Source: the human T2T-CHM13v2.0 reference genome, Homo sapiens
Assembly (NCBI RefSeq): GCF_009914755.1
Contig: NC_060928.1
Length of the DNA: 64,000 nucleotides
Direction: 5' to 3' (one strand)
The first letter of the stretch is position 1. Every line of letters begins with the position of its first letter. The notes under the pieces were generated by a model. That model searched no databases. It was not told where the DNA came from and worked only from the letters and a program-made list of their open reading frames with translations. Positions 25,301 to 40,889 of this stretch are shown piece after piece. Position numbers and translations under genes: made by a program.

Positions 25301-26896
25301 TCATCCAATGGCTGTATAATACACATTTTTTCCTCAGTACATGGATTGTTCTCAAGGATGGACCATATGTTGGTTCTCAAAATAAATTCTAAAAGATCCA
25401 AAAAAATTATGTATAGCATCTCCTCTGATCCCAGTGGAATAAAACTAGAAATAAATAGCAAAAGGAATTTTGCAAACTCTACAAATACATGGAAACTAAA
25501 CAATATGCTCTTAAATGACTGGCAGGCCAATGAAGAAATTAAGAAAGAAATTGAAATTGTTCTTAAAAGTTGAAACACAATATAACAAAATATATGGGAC
25601 ACAGTGAAAGCAATAGTAGACCTCAAACTCAGGAAACTACTATGAGAAAACATTGGGGAAACGCTCCAGGACATCAGTCTGAGCAAAGATTTCTTGACTA
25701 ATACCCCACAATCACAGGCAACCAAAGCAAAAAATGGAAAAATGGGATCATACCAAGTTAAAAATATTTTGTACAGCAACAACAACAACAAAAAATCAAC
25801 AAAGTGAAGAGACAACCCACAGAATAGGAGAAGATATTTGCAAACTACTCATCTAAATAGGGATTATATATAAGGAGCTCAAACAACTCTCTAGGAAAAA
25901 GATAGAATAATACTATTTTTAAAATGGGCAAAATATTTGAAGACATGTCTCGAAGACATACAAATGGCAAACAGACATATGAAAAGGTACTCAACATCAT
26001 TGATCATCAGAGAAATGCAACTCAAAACTACAATGAGATATCATCTCACCCCAGTTAAAATGGCTTGTATTCAAAAGAGAGGCAATAGCAAATGCTGGTG
26101 AGGATGTGGAGAAAAGGCAACTCTCGTACAGTGTTGGTGGGTTATAAATTAGTATAACCCCTGTGGAGAACAGTTTGAAGGTTCCTCAGAAAACTATAAA
26201 TAGAGCTACCATATGATCCAGCAATCCCACGGCTGGGTATATGCCCAAAAGAAAGGAAATCAATATATTGAAGAGATACCTGCACTCCCATGTTTGTTGC
26301 AGCTCTGTTCACAATGGCCAAAATTCAGAAACAACCTGTTTCCATCAACAGATGAATGGATAAAGAAAATGTGGTACTTATACACAATGGAGTACTATTC
26401 AGCTATAGAAAGGAGATTCAGACATTTGCAACAATATGCATAGAACTGGAGATCATTATGATAAGTGAAATAAGCCAGGCACAGAAGGACAAACATTGCA
26501 TGTTTTTACTTATTCGTGGAATCTAAAAATCAAAACAATTGAACCAATGGAGATAGTAGAACGATGGTTCCCAGAGGGTGTGAAGGGTGGTGGAGGGGTG
26601 AGGGATATGTGGAGATGGTTAATGCGTACAAAAAATAGTTGGAATGAATAAATAAGACATAATATTTGATAGCACAACAGGGTGACTAGTCAATAATAAT
26701 TTAATCGTATATTTAAAAATAACTAAATGAGTATAATTGGATTGTTTGTAAAACAAAAGATAAATGCTTGAGGGATGAACACCCTGCTATCCATTATGTG
26801 ATTATTACATAGTACATGTCTGTATCAAAATATCTCATATGCTCCATAAATATATATACCTACTCTGTACCCACAAAAACTAAAAAAATACTTAAG
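22315..26896 (+). mobile_element. L1MA2/3-like element with both ends but two large internal deletions
   Basis: Long 5' UTR (gaatagaaagctccactgattgtc..aaggacacca), ORF1 start, EN (RHRVDKWIKKQDPLICCLQETHFT), ORF2 C-terminus and 3' UTR ending gtacccacaaaaactaaaaaaa; degenerate TSD aaaattggaattat / aaaatatgacttat. Confidence 0.9.
24700..24738. repeat. (CA)n-(CG)-(CA)n alternating purine-pyrimidine tract
   Basis: cacacacacacacgtgcgcgcacgcacacacacacacaca. Confidence 0.9.
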
Positions 26897-27109
26897 AAAA
26901 TATGACTTATACACATGCACACAAATTTGAATTGTTTTATTTTTAACATATTTACTAACCACCTGATAAATAAATTGTAAAATAACTCTGACTCTCAATT
27001 TAGCATATGTGTGTGTGTATATATATATAAATGCACACTTGCATTAAATATACATATTATGGAAAATAAATATCTATATCAATGCTATGATTATGACATT
27101 ACAACTTCA

Positions 27110-27536
27110 TTTTTAATTTAAAATGTGTATTGAAGTATAACATACAAAGTGCAATTTCATAAGTGTACAGCTCAAAAATTATCACAAAATAAAAATTGAC
27201 ATGTAATTACCACTTAATATTTTTAAAAAAGAAACTTTATTAGGAAGCCATAAGTCCTCTTCTTGTTTATCTCCATAATTACAACTTTTCTCCATCCCAA
27301 ACTCCTAACGTTCAATTATCATGGATTAGTTTTGTCTGAGTTTAAACTCTGCAAAAATGGAATTAGCATAGATTGTATATACTCTTTTGTATCTAGTTTC
27401 TTTCACTTATGAGACTTCTATGATAATCCACATAGCATTTGTATGTGGCATGAATTTGTTTGTTTTTATGGTTGTATATGATTCCATTATATGAATATGC
27501 CATAATTTATATATTCTATCAATAGACGTTTGTGTT
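27110..27536 (-). mobile_element. L1ME 3' UTR (left part, interrupted by THE1)
   Basis: tattgaagtataacatacaaagtgc..ataagtgtacagctca..catggattagttttgtctg..attccattatatgaatatgccataatttat. Confidence 0.75.
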
Positions 27537-29875
27537 TGTTATGGTTTGGCTCTATCTCCACCCAAATCTCCTCTTGAATCGTAGTTCCCATAATCCCACC
27601 TGTCATGAGAGGGACCCAGCAGGAGGTGATAGAATCACTGAGGCAGTTTGCTTCATGCTATTCTCTTGATAGTAAGTTCTCACAAGATCTGATGATTTTA
27701 TGAGGGTCTTCTCCTTTTGCTCAGCTCTCATTCTTCTTCTTGCTGCTCCCATGTGATGAAGGACGTGTTTGCTTCCCCTTCCACCATGGTTGTAAGCTTC
27801 CTAAGACTTCCCCAGCCATGCTGAATTGTGAGTCAATTAAACCTCTTTCCTTTGTAAATTACCCAGTCTTGGGTGTGCCTTTATTTGCAGCATGTGGATG
27901 AACTAATACAGTAAATTGATACTGCAGGGAGTGGGGTGCTGCTCTAAAGATACCCAAAAATGTGGAAGTGACTTTGGAACTGGGTAACATGCAGAAGCTG
28001 AAACAGTGTGGAGGGCTCAGAAGAAGACAGGAAATTGTGGGAAAGTTTGGAACTTTCTAGATACTTTGAGGGTTCAGAAAACAGGAACATGTGGGAAAGC
28101 TTGGAACTTCCTAGAGACTTGTTGAATGGATTTGACCAAAATACTGATAGTGAGATGAACAATGAAGTCCAGGCTGAGGTGGTCTCAGACAGAGATGAGG
28201 AGCTTGTTGGGGACTAGAGTAAAGGTCACTCTTGCTATGCAAAGAGACTGGCCACATTTTGTCTCTGCCCTAGAGATCTGTGGAACTTTGAACTTGAGAG
28301 AGATGATTCACAGTATCTGTTGGAAGAAATTTCTAAGCAGCAAAGCATTCAACAGGAAGCAGAGCACAAAAGTTTGGAAAATTTGCAGTCTAAAAATGTG
28401 ACATAAAAGAAAAGCCCATTTTCTAGGGAGAAATTCAAGCCAGCTGCAGAAATTTGCATAAGTAACAAGGGGCCCAATGTTAATCACCAAGGCAATGGGG
28501 AAAATGTCTCCAGGGCCTGTCAGAGACTTTCATGGCAGCCCCTCCCATCACATGCCCAAAGGCCTAGGAGGAAAAAAAGGTTGTGTGGGGAGAGATGTGG
28601 CCCCCGCTGCTGTGTACAGCCTAGGGACTTGGTGCCATGTGTCCCAGCCACTCCAGCTCTGGCTAAAAGGGGTCAAGGTCTACCTCAGGCTGTTGTTTCA
28701 GGGAGTGGCAAGCCCCAAGCCTTGGCAGCTTCCACATGGTGTTGAGTCTGTGGGTGCACAGTAGTCAAGAATTGAGGTTTGGGAACCTCTGCCAAGATTT
28801 CAGAGGGTGTATGGAAATGCTTGAATGTCCAGTCAGATGTTTGCTGCAGGAGCAGAGCCCTGATGAAGAAATTCTGCTAGGGAAGTGCAGAAGGAAAATG
28901 TGGGGTTGGAGCCCTCACACAAAGTCCCCACTGGGGCACTGCCTAGTGGAGCTATGAGAAGAGGGCCACTGTCTTCCAGACCCTAGAATGGTAGATCCAC
29001 TGACAGCTTGCAACATGCACCTAGAAAAGCCGCAGACAATGCCAGTTCATGAAAGCAGCCAGGAGGAGGGCTGTACCCTGCAAAGCTACAAGGGTGGAGC
29101 TGCCCAATGCCATGGGAGCCCACTTCTTGCATCAGCATGACCTGGATGTGAGACATGGGGTCAAAGGAGATCATTTTGAAACTTTAAGTGTTTACTGACT
29201 GACATATTGGATTTCAGACTTGCTTGGGGCCTGTTCTCCTTTGTCTTGGCCAATTTCTTCCGGTTGGAATGAGAATATTTACCCAATGCCTGTACTCCCA
29301 TTGTATCTAGGAAGTAACTAACATGGCTTTTGATTTTACAGGCTCATAGGTGGAAGGGAGTTGGCTTATCTCAGATGAGACTTTGGACTTGGACTTTTGA
29401 GTTAATTCTGAGATTAGTTAATACTTGGGGGACTGTTGGAAGAGCATGATTGTGTTTTGAAATGTGAGGACATGAGATTTGGGAGGGGCCAGGGGTGAAA
29501 TTATATGATTTGGCTGTGTCCCAACCCAAGTCTGATCTTGAATTGTAGTTTCCATAATCTCCACATGTCATGGGAGGGACCTGGTGCGAGGTAATTGAAT
29601 CATAGGGTCGGTTTCCCCCATGCTATTCTCATGATAGTAAGTTCTCACAAGATCTAATGGTTTTATAAGGGGTTTCTCCCTTTGCTTCACTCTCATTCTT
29701 CTCCTTAATGCTGCCATGTCAAGAAGGATGTGTTTGCTTCCCCATCCACCATGACTGTAAGTTTCCTGAGGTCTCCCCAGCCATGCTGAACTGTAAGTCA
29801 ATTAAACCTCTTTCCTTTCTAAATTACCTAGTCTTGGATATGTCTTTATTAGCGGTGTGAGAACAGACTAATACA
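27537..29875 (+). mobile_element. Full-length THE1C-like MaLR provirus (5' LTR 27537-27910, internal 27911-29500, 3' LTR 29501-29875)
   Basis: Two ~375-bp LTRs ending ctaataca; internal starts gtaaattgatactgcagggagtggggtgctgct; polypurine tract gggaggggccagggg; perfect TSD GTGTT (27532-27536 / 29876-29880). Confidence 0.95.
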
Positions 29876-29880
29876 GTGTT

Positions 29881-30720
29881 GTTTTCTGTTTTAGGCTATT
29901 ATAAATAATGCTGCTATGTATATTCTTGTATATGTTTTTCTCTAAGCATATATATAAAATTTCCATTTTTTTTCTATTTTTTAAAGATTCAGTCATGATT
30001 GTTTTAAAGTTTTGCTGTAGGTGTTGTTGTTAGATACAAAATAAGGATATAGAACTATAGTTTTGTCATAGGTACAGGAGTATGTATGAGTTCTAAGCTA
30101 TAAAAACCATTTTAAAATACAAATTTTTTCTTAGGAATATTTGCTGTCAAAGGTCATCCACATTAATACCCAGGAGGATAATTGTTGGTGATAGGATATA
30201 TTTTAGTTCAATTTTAGTGTATAGTGCCAACAGTGTTTTCAAAGTGATTATGTTGAGTTACACTAATAAAAAACACATATAATTAAATTCCTGTTGCTCT
30301 ATATCCTTGCCAGCATTTAGCCTTTTCTCTCTTTTTAATTGTAAACATTACCGTGTGTGTGTGTGTTTAATGGTATTTCACAGTGGTTTATCAGATAAAG
30401 AAACTGAACTTCCTCTCAGAATGTTTATTCATTGTTTGATAGTCTTTTTATTTGTATGAAATGACTTCTCAATATTATTTTCAATTTTTTTATCTATTGT
30501 GTTGTTTGCATTTTTCTGTATTTTTTTTCTATTTTTCTATTCTTTATACAAGACTTTGGCGTGTGATATGTGTTGTATATGAATTTCTGTCAATCTGCAG
30601 GTGATGTTTGCTCTCTTAGTGGTATTTCTTGATAAATGTAAATTATTAAATTTAATGATTAATCCTTTTGTATGTCCTGCTAACAAATTTTAACCAATTT
30701 TAAGGTCTCATTAAGATGTT
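29881..30720 (-). mobile_element. L1ME continuation
   Basis: ggctattataaataatgctgctatgtatattcttgtatatg; gttttcaaagtgatt; cctgttgctctatatccttgccagcatt. Confidence 0.65.
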
Positions 30721-32174
30721 CTAAATTGCATCAAAAAAAGAATTTTTTTGAGGTAAAAAATAAAAGAAAAATAAACAATAAAACACTTCCTCTGCCCCAG
30801 TGTGTGCTTTTTTTGTGTTGAAATATCTCTTTGTGTTGAATTGAAGGGTATAGTTTAAAGACTCGTTTGTTCTAAATATTAACTTCCTTTGTGGTTTAGC
30901 AAGCAAAGGGCATCAGAGAAATTGCATAAGTGCTATATGTTTACAATTCTGCAGATTGTCATTGGCAACTGAAATTCATCAAAGAAGCTGTCAAATACCT
31001 AATTTCTATTATGTTACAATGAAATAATTACTGCACTTGGTAGTTTCAAAACTGTTCTTTTTGCAGGAGTTTAATTTTCCCCCTTGTGTCAGGAAAAGAT
31101 TTTCAGAGATATATAAAGGATTTCATAGATTTATTTCAATGATTATAAATGTCATAAGTAATTTATTGTAATATTTAGTATGAACATGCTAAAATAAACC
31201 AAAGAAAAATAAATCTGAACAAAGAAAAAAATGGAACAAACAAAAAGAAAAAGGAGTGATAGCCCTACATGAAAATGTTTACTAAATTCGATTGTCATTT
31301 TCAGAGCAATGGACACTTTCAATTTTTGTGTGAGTGTGTATTCAAACACAACCCACACAAACAAATGCATATACACAATAACAATTTTCTTTAATTGTCT
31401 GTATTTTTTAACTCTTTTATAATGAATATAATAATTTTAGATTGAGATATATGTTACTATCATACAGTTGTAAGTAGGCTATAAACATTCCCATGGTTGT
31501 AACATTAGTATATAGGTATTATTTTAATTTTAATGAAAGTGTGTCACTTTGCTTTACTTAACCACTATACATTAATTTCTAAATTGAATTTGATATTCTA
31601 GAGTCATAAAACTTAATTCAGGTTATCATATTGAATTATAAAATTGCAATTATTATAAACTTTCTAAATTCTTGATTAAGACCTTCCCTATGGAACTGGG
31701 CCATTTCTCATGATAACTGTTAAGTTCTCATAATTAAAAATATCTGTGGCTATGATATCTTTCTTATTGTGCCAATTTTGAGCATATGCATCTGAAGTTA
31801 ATTAGATCATAGCATGCATACAAATGTCTAACATTTATTTAGGAGAGTTACAATTTTATGGGTGGGCCCTTTCTCAAGCTGAGCATAGTTAAATTAATAT
31901 GGTAGTCCTGCTGTAGTCTGGAGTCTTAGCTGAGCATTATTAGTACATATAAAATACATCTATTACCTGTTTGTAGTGGATAACATGTTGAAGCATCCAT
32001 AATATTTATTTTCTCACATGACTACATCTGCAGCTTTTAAGGTATTCAAAACTAGACTCTTACTTAGAGAAAATAAATTTTATTACATAACTTAGACACT
32101 TTGAACATAATCAAATAAAAGAATTGCATGGCTAAAATGTTAAAGATAACAGAGATAACTAGGAGATGGTACAG

Positions 32175-32340
32175 TGGAAGTAAATCAGTTAGAATTTTTT
32201 GTATTTTTGGCTGCAAGTCCTTATGACCTAATGATAGTGGCTTAAACGTGAAAAATTTATTTTCTTCTTATAAAGCTAAGTCTTGACTGGTAAGACAGCT
32301 TTATAAAATTAAGATTTTTTTCATGGTCAAAATATGCCTG
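32175..32340 (-). mobile_element. MLT1-like LTR fragment
   Basis: tgtatttttggctgcaagt..agtggcttaaac..atttattttc. Confidence 0.45.
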
Positions 32341-32342
32341 GT

Positions 32343-34280
<1,938 letters not shown>

Positions 34281-34402
34281 TTTTCTGTATCTGTGGTGTG
34301 TATTTTCATTCTCTTGGCAATGTCTTTTGCAGACAGGGCAGAAATTTTTAATTTTAATGATGTCTAGCTTATCAATTATTTCTTTCTTTTATGGATCATG
34401 CC
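34281..34402 (-). mobile_element. Short inverted L1MC ORF2 fragment
   Basis: Reverse complement ggcatgatcc..ataagctagac..attaaaattaaaaatttctg..caaaagacattgccaagagaatgaaaa aligns to 32968-33080. Confidence 0.8.
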
Positions 34403-35202
34403 AAAAACATCAGTTGCTCAAATGTTGTTTCACAATCCCATTGAGTTCTTCAAATTTCAGCAATTTGATTACCAATCTTGGCTCAATAGTGACATTTGAT
34501 TATTTAGAGTAGAAAATGAATGGTCTACATTTGCTGCTGTGATTAGCCACGTCATAACGTATATAAAAGCTCTAAAATGTAAGAATCATTATATTGAAGA
34601 ATATGTTAAATAACTGTAATCAAAAGAGAGAAAGTTGATAAAATAATAGATGACATTGAGCTTTTTGAATTTCTAGTTAAATTTCTAAAAATTGCACCAA
34701 GTCAATTACATTTTTGAATGTGGATCACTTTTCACTTAATGGTTAATTTTTTAAAGACAATATTTTGTAAAAAATTAATTGAGATATAACTCACATACCA
34801 TAAAATTCACCCTTCTAAAGTGTACAGTTGTTTCTCAACCATCACAATTATCAAATTCCAGAATGTTTTTCATCACCACAAAAAGAAACTTTATACTCAT
34901 TAGCTGACATTCCCCAACTCCTCAGCTCCATGGCCTCTGACAGTCATTAATCTATCTTCTATCTCTATGGATTTTCCTGTTATGAGCATTTCCTAAAAAT
35001 TGAATCATATAATATGTGGCTTTTGGGGTCTGGCCTCTTTCATTTAGCATAATCTTTTCAGGTTTATCTTGTTATAGCGTGTATGAATACTTCATTCTCT
35101 GATGCGGTTAAATGATTTTCAATTTAGGAATATACTGCATTTTTCTTATTCATCAGTTTGTGGGAATTTTGGTTGTTTTAACTTTTATGCTGTTATATTG
35201 CT

Positions 35203-35560
35203 TGTGTTAGTCTACGCTAATAGACTGCTAATAAAGACATACCTGATACTGAGTAATTTATAAAGGAAAGAGGTTTAGTGTACTCAGAATTCCACATGTC
35301 TGGGGAGGCCTCATAATCATGGTGGAAGGTGAATGAGGAGCAAAGTCATGTCTTACATGGTGGCAGGCAAGAGAGCACGTACAGGGGAACTCCCCTTTAT
35401 AAACCATCAGATCTCATGAGACTTATTCACTACAACAAGAACAGTATAGAGGAAACTGCCCCCGTGATTCAATTATCTCCACCTGGCCCCACCCTTGACA
35501 TGTGGGGATTATTACAATTCAAGGTGAGATTTCAGTGGGGGACACAGCCAAACCATATCA
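35203..35560 (-). mobile_element. THE1B/C solo LTR
   Basis: tgtgttagtc..gctaataaagacatacc..ggggacacagccaaaccatatca; near-TSD ttgct/ctgct. Confidence 0.93.
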
Positions 35561-37126
35561 CTGCTATAAACATACATGTACATATTTGTGTGGAGATATG
35601 TTTTCATTAGTCTTGGGTATAAACCTAAAAATGGAATTGCTGGGTAATATTATAACTCTATGTTTAACTTTTTGAGGACATGCCAAAATGTTTTCAAAAG
35701 TAGCTACAACATTTCACATTTTCACCAGCACTGTAAAGATTCCAATTTTTCCACATCCTAAAAAAAAAATTGTTATTGTTTATATCTTTGTTTCTAGCCA
35801 TTATAGTAGGTATGACGTGGTATCTAAGGGTGACATTGATTTGCATCTAACTGATGGCCAGTGATGAGCATCTTTTTATGTGCTGATTGTCAACTTGAAT
35901 ATATTCATTGGGAGAAATGTCTATTCAAATGCTTGCCTATTTTTAAAATGGGTTATTTATCTTTGTATAAGTATTCTTTACATATTCTAGATACTTATTT
36001 TCTTATCAGATATGTGAATTGCAAATACTTGCTCCTATTCTAGGGTTACCTTTCCAGTTTCTTTATAGTGTCCTTTGAAGCACAATAGTGTTTAATTTTG
36101 ATGAGATTCATTTTATATATATATTTTTTCTTTCTGCTTGTACTTTTTGTGTAAGTTCCAAAAGATAACTGCCAAATCCAAGTTCACTAAAATTTATACC
36201 TATGTTTTCTTTCAATAGTTTAATACTTTTAGCTCTTTCATTTAGGTCTTTAATTTGTGTTACTGTTTATATTCTGTGTGAGGAAGTTGTCCTACATCAT
36301 CCTTTTGCTTGAGGAAATTCAGTTGTTTCTATACCATTTCTTAAAAAACTATTATTGACCCATTGCATTGTCTTGGCAGCCTTGCTGGAAATGAATTACA
36401 TGTAAGGATTTATTTCTGGACTCTCAATTCTACTCAAATCATAAGTCTATTTTTATGCTAGTACAACACTGTCTAGATTGCTATAGCTATGAGTACTGTA
36501 AGTTTTGAAATTGAGAAGTATGAGTCCTTCAAATTTGTTCTTTTTCAATATTGTTTTTGAGTAAATTAGCACTCAAATTTTATATGAATTTTAGGAACAC
36601 TTTGGAAATTCTGGCAAAGGAAAAAAAAGGCAGCTAATAGGGATTTCATTGACTCTTCAAACCAACTTGGAATATTACCCTCTTTACTGTATTAAGTTTT
36701 CAAACCCATAAACACATAATATCTTTCTATTTATTTAGGACTTCTGTAATTTCTTTCAATGAAGTTTGGTAATTTTCAGTGTACAAGTCTTATACTTCTT
36801 TTGTGAAATTCATGTTAGGTATGATATTGTTTTGATGCTGTTGTAAATGGAACTGTTTTTAAATTTCATTCTGGATTGTTCATTGCAAGTTTATACAAAT
36901 ATAATTGATTTTTGCTTTTTGATTTTCTATCTTGAAATTAGCTGAACTTGATAATTAGTTCTGATGCTTTTGGTGGATTCCCTAGGATTTTCCACTTAAC
37001 AAATTTATATTATTTACAATTAAAGACAGTTTTACTATCTCCTTTTCAATCTGGATGTCTTTCCTCTTTCTTGCATATTTTTTGGAGTGGGTCTGGAGCA
37101 AAACAGTGTTGATTAGTAGTGGCAAG

Positions 37127-39462
37127 TTCAGTAAAGTTGCAGGATACAATATCAACATACAAAAATTAGTCACATTTCTATATGCCAACAGTGATCAAAC
37201 TGAAAAAGAAATTTAAAAAAGTAGTTTCATCTACAATAACCACATATAAAATTAAATATCTATGAATTAACCAAAGTGAAAGATCTCTATAATAAAATCT
37301 ATAAAACACTGATAAAAAATTGAAGAGGACACCAAAAATGAAAAAAGTATTCTATATTCATGGATTGAAAGAATCAATATTGTGAAAATGTCCATACTAC
37401 CCAAAGCAATCTAAAGATTCAACGCAGTCACTATCAAGATACCAAAGACATTCTTCACAGAATATAAAACAATTCTAAAATTTATATGGAACAAGAAAAG
37501 ACCCAGAATAGCCAAAGATATCTTAAGCAAAAAGAACAAAATTGGAGGAATCATATTACCTGACTTCAAATTATATTACAGAGTTATAGTAACCAAAACA
37601 GCATGGCATTGTCATAAAAACAGACACATAGATTAACAGAATAGAAAACTGAAAAACAGACCAGGAGCAGTGGCTCACACCTGTAATCCCAGAACTTTGG
37701 GAGGCCAAGGCGGGCGGATCACGAGGTCAGGAGATCAAGACCATCCAGGCTAACATGGTGAAACCCAGTCTCTACTAAAAATACAAAAAATTAGCCAGGT
37801 GTGGTGGTATGCACCTGTAATCCTAGCTACTCAGGAGGCTGAGGCAGGAGAATCACTTGAACCTCGGAGGCAGAGGCTGCGGTGAGCCAAGATCATGCCA
37901 CTGCACTCTAGCCTGTGCAACAGAGTGAGACTCTGTCTCAAACAAAAAACAACAAAAAAACTCAGAAACAAATCCACACACCTACAGTGAACCCATTTTT
38001 GACAAAGGTGCCAAAAATATACACTAGGAAAAAGACAGTCTCTTCAATAAATGGTGCTGGGAAACTGGATATTCATATGCGGAAGACTAAAACTAGACCC
38101 CTATCTCTCATCATATACAAAAATCAAATCAAAGTGGTTTGAAGGCAAATCTAAGACCTCAAACTATAGAACTAATTCAAGAAAACATTTGGAGAAAATC
38201 TCCAGGATATCGGACTGGGCAAAAGTTGTCTGAGCAATACTTCACAAGCACAGGCAATCAAAGCAAAAAATGGATAAATTGGTTCACATCAAGTTAAAAA
38301 GATCCTGCAGAGAAAAGGAAACAATTAACAAAGTGAAGAGACAACCCACAGAATGGGAGAGAATATTTGCAAACTATTCATTTGAAAAGGAATTAATAAC
38401 TAGAATATATAAGGAGCTCAAACACCTCTGTAAGAAAAACATCTAATAATTTGATCAAAAAAATGGACAAAAGATTTGAATAGACATTTCTCAAAAGAAG
38501 ACATACAAATAGAAAATAGGTATATGAAAAAGGGTTCAACATCATTGATCATCAAAGAAATGAAAATCAAAACTACAATGAGATATCATCTGACCCCAGT
38601 TAAAATGGCTTATATTCAAAAGACAGTAAACAACAAATACTGGCAAGGATATGAAGAAAAGGGAATCCTTGTATGTTGTTGGTGGGAATGTTAATTAGTA
38701 GAACCACTTTAGAGAACAGTTTGGAGATTCCTCAAACAACTAAAACTTGACCTGTCATATGATCCAGCAATCCCACTGCTGGGTATGTACACCAAAGAAA
38801 GGAAATCAGTATATTGAAGAGACATCTGCGCTCCTGTTTGTTGCAACACTGTTTACAACAGCTAAGATTTGGAAGCAGCCTACGTGTCCATTGACAGATA
38901 AATGGATGAAGAAAATGTAGTACATATACACAATGGAGTACTAGTCATCCATAAAAAAGAATGAGATCCAGTGATTTGCAACAACGTGGATGGAACTGGA
39001 GGTCATTATGTTAAGTGAAATAAGCCAGGCACAGAAAGACAAACATTGAATATTCTCGTTTATTCATGGAATCTAATAATCAAAACAATTGAAGTCTTTG
39101 ACATAGGAAGTAGAAGGATGGTTACCAGAAGCTGGGAAAGGGTAGTGGGAGGATGAGGGGAGCTGGGGTTGGTTGATGGGTACACAGAAAAATAGTTGGA
39201 AGAAATGAGTGGGACCTAATATTTGATGGCACAACAGGGTAACTGTAGTCAGCAATAACTTAGTTGTGATTTTAAGATAACTTAAAGACTGTAGTTGGAT
39301 TATTTATAACTCAAAGGATACATGCTTGAAGGGATGGATAACCCATTCTTCATAATATGCTTATTTCACATTGCATGCCTGTATCAAAATATCCCATGTA
39401 CCTCATAAATATACATACCTTCTATGTACTCACAAAAATTAAAAATGAAAAAAATGCAAAAA
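37127..39462 (+). mobile_element. 5'-truncated L1MA1/2-like element
   Basis: ORF2 3' half ([32 protein letters not shown]), 3' UTR, A-tail; TSD agtagtggcaag / agaagtggcaag. Confidence 0.92.
37659..37955 (+). mobile_element. AluSc8/AluY-intermediate SINE
   Basis: ggatcacgaggtcaggagatcaagaccatccaggctaacatgg with an S-type right arm; approximate TSD aaaactgaaaaaca / aaaactcagaaaca. Confidence 0.92.
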
Positions 39463-40710
39463 AGAAGTGGCAAGCACAGCCTTGTCCTGTTCCTGTTATT
39501 ATAGTGAAATAAAAGATTTCACTATAATGAAGTCTTTATCTCTATGTATAATGATAGCTTTGTATTTTCCATAGATACACTTTGTCAGGTTGGAGAAGTT
39601 CCCTTCTATTCTAGTTTGAGTGTTTTCTTATATCATTAAATGATTTGGATTTTGTCAAATGCTTTTTTTATTTATCAAGATGATCATTTTTGTTTAGATG
39701 TATCACTTTGATTTTTCTATGTTGAACCACCCTACCTAGCATTTCTGGGATAATCTCCATTTGGTTATGTTGTATTATCCTTTTTATATGTTGCAGGATT
39801 CTGATTGCTGATATAATGTTAAGAATTTGCATGTCTCTATTCCTAAGTGATATCTGTCAGTAGTTTTCTTGTAATGTCTTTGTGTGATTTTGGTGGCAGT
39901 GTAATACTGTCTGGATAGAATGAATTGAGAAGCTTTTGCTCCTCTTTTATTTTGGAAGATTTTGGGAAAAATAAATGTTAACTCTTCTTTAAACATTATG
40001 TAGACAACACCAGTGAAGTTATCTTTTACTGGGCTTTTCATTACTGGGGCATTTTTGATTATGAATTCATTATCTTTATTTGTTGTGGTTATATTCAGAC
40101 CTTTTCTTTGTGAGATAGTTTCAGTAGTTTCTGTCTTTCTATAATAAGAATCTTTCCATTTAATCTATATTATCTAATCTCTTGGCATACCTTCTTTATA
40201 GTGTTCAATTACAATCATTTTTATTTCTATTAGTTTGGTAATAATGTTACCTCTTTCCTTCCCAATTTTAGTAGTTGGGCTTTCATTTTTTAATTTAGTG
40301 TTCAGTCTAGCTAAAGGAATGTCAATTTGTTCATTGTTTTTGAAGAATGCACTGTTGGTCTTTTTCAATTAAATTTTTTTTCTATTCTCTATTGCACTCA
40401 TTTTCTCTTTGATCTATATTATAGCCTTAAATCAGCTTGCTTCAGTTTTAGTTTGCCTTTTATTTTCTCATTTATTAAGGTTTAATTATTGATTTGTTAT
40501 CTTTCTTCTTTTTTAATACAGACATTTATTGCTATAAATTTCCCTGTACCTACTGCTTTTGTACATCAAGTAAGTTTTGGCATGTTGTATTTGTCATGTT
40601 TTAATTTTCATTCATCTTAAAGTATTTTCTAATTTCTTTTGTGATTTCTTCTTTGCCCCATTGGTTATTTAGAAATGCTAATATCTACATATTGATGACT
40701 TTTCAAAATT

Positions 40711-40871
40711 TTCTTATTTTTATTTTTTAATATTTTTATTATACTTTAAGTTCTGGGGTACATGTGCAGAATGTGCAGTTTTGTTACATAGGTATACACG
40801 TGCCATGGTGGTTTGCTGCACCCATCAACCCGTCACCTACATTAGGTATTTCTCCTAATGCTATCCCTCCC
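40711..40871 (-). mobile_element. Short L1PA (PA6-8-like) 3' end
   Basis: ttattatactttaagttctggggtacatgtgcagaatgtgcagttttgttacatagg..cctaatgctatccctccc. Confidence 0.9.
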
Positions 40872-40889
40872 GTTATTAATTTTTAAATT

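Noticed and set aside
28008-28120. ~53-bp tandem duplication in the THE1 internal region
   Set aside because: As I recall, this duplication is a feature of THE1 internal consensus sequences, so it is not locus-specific.
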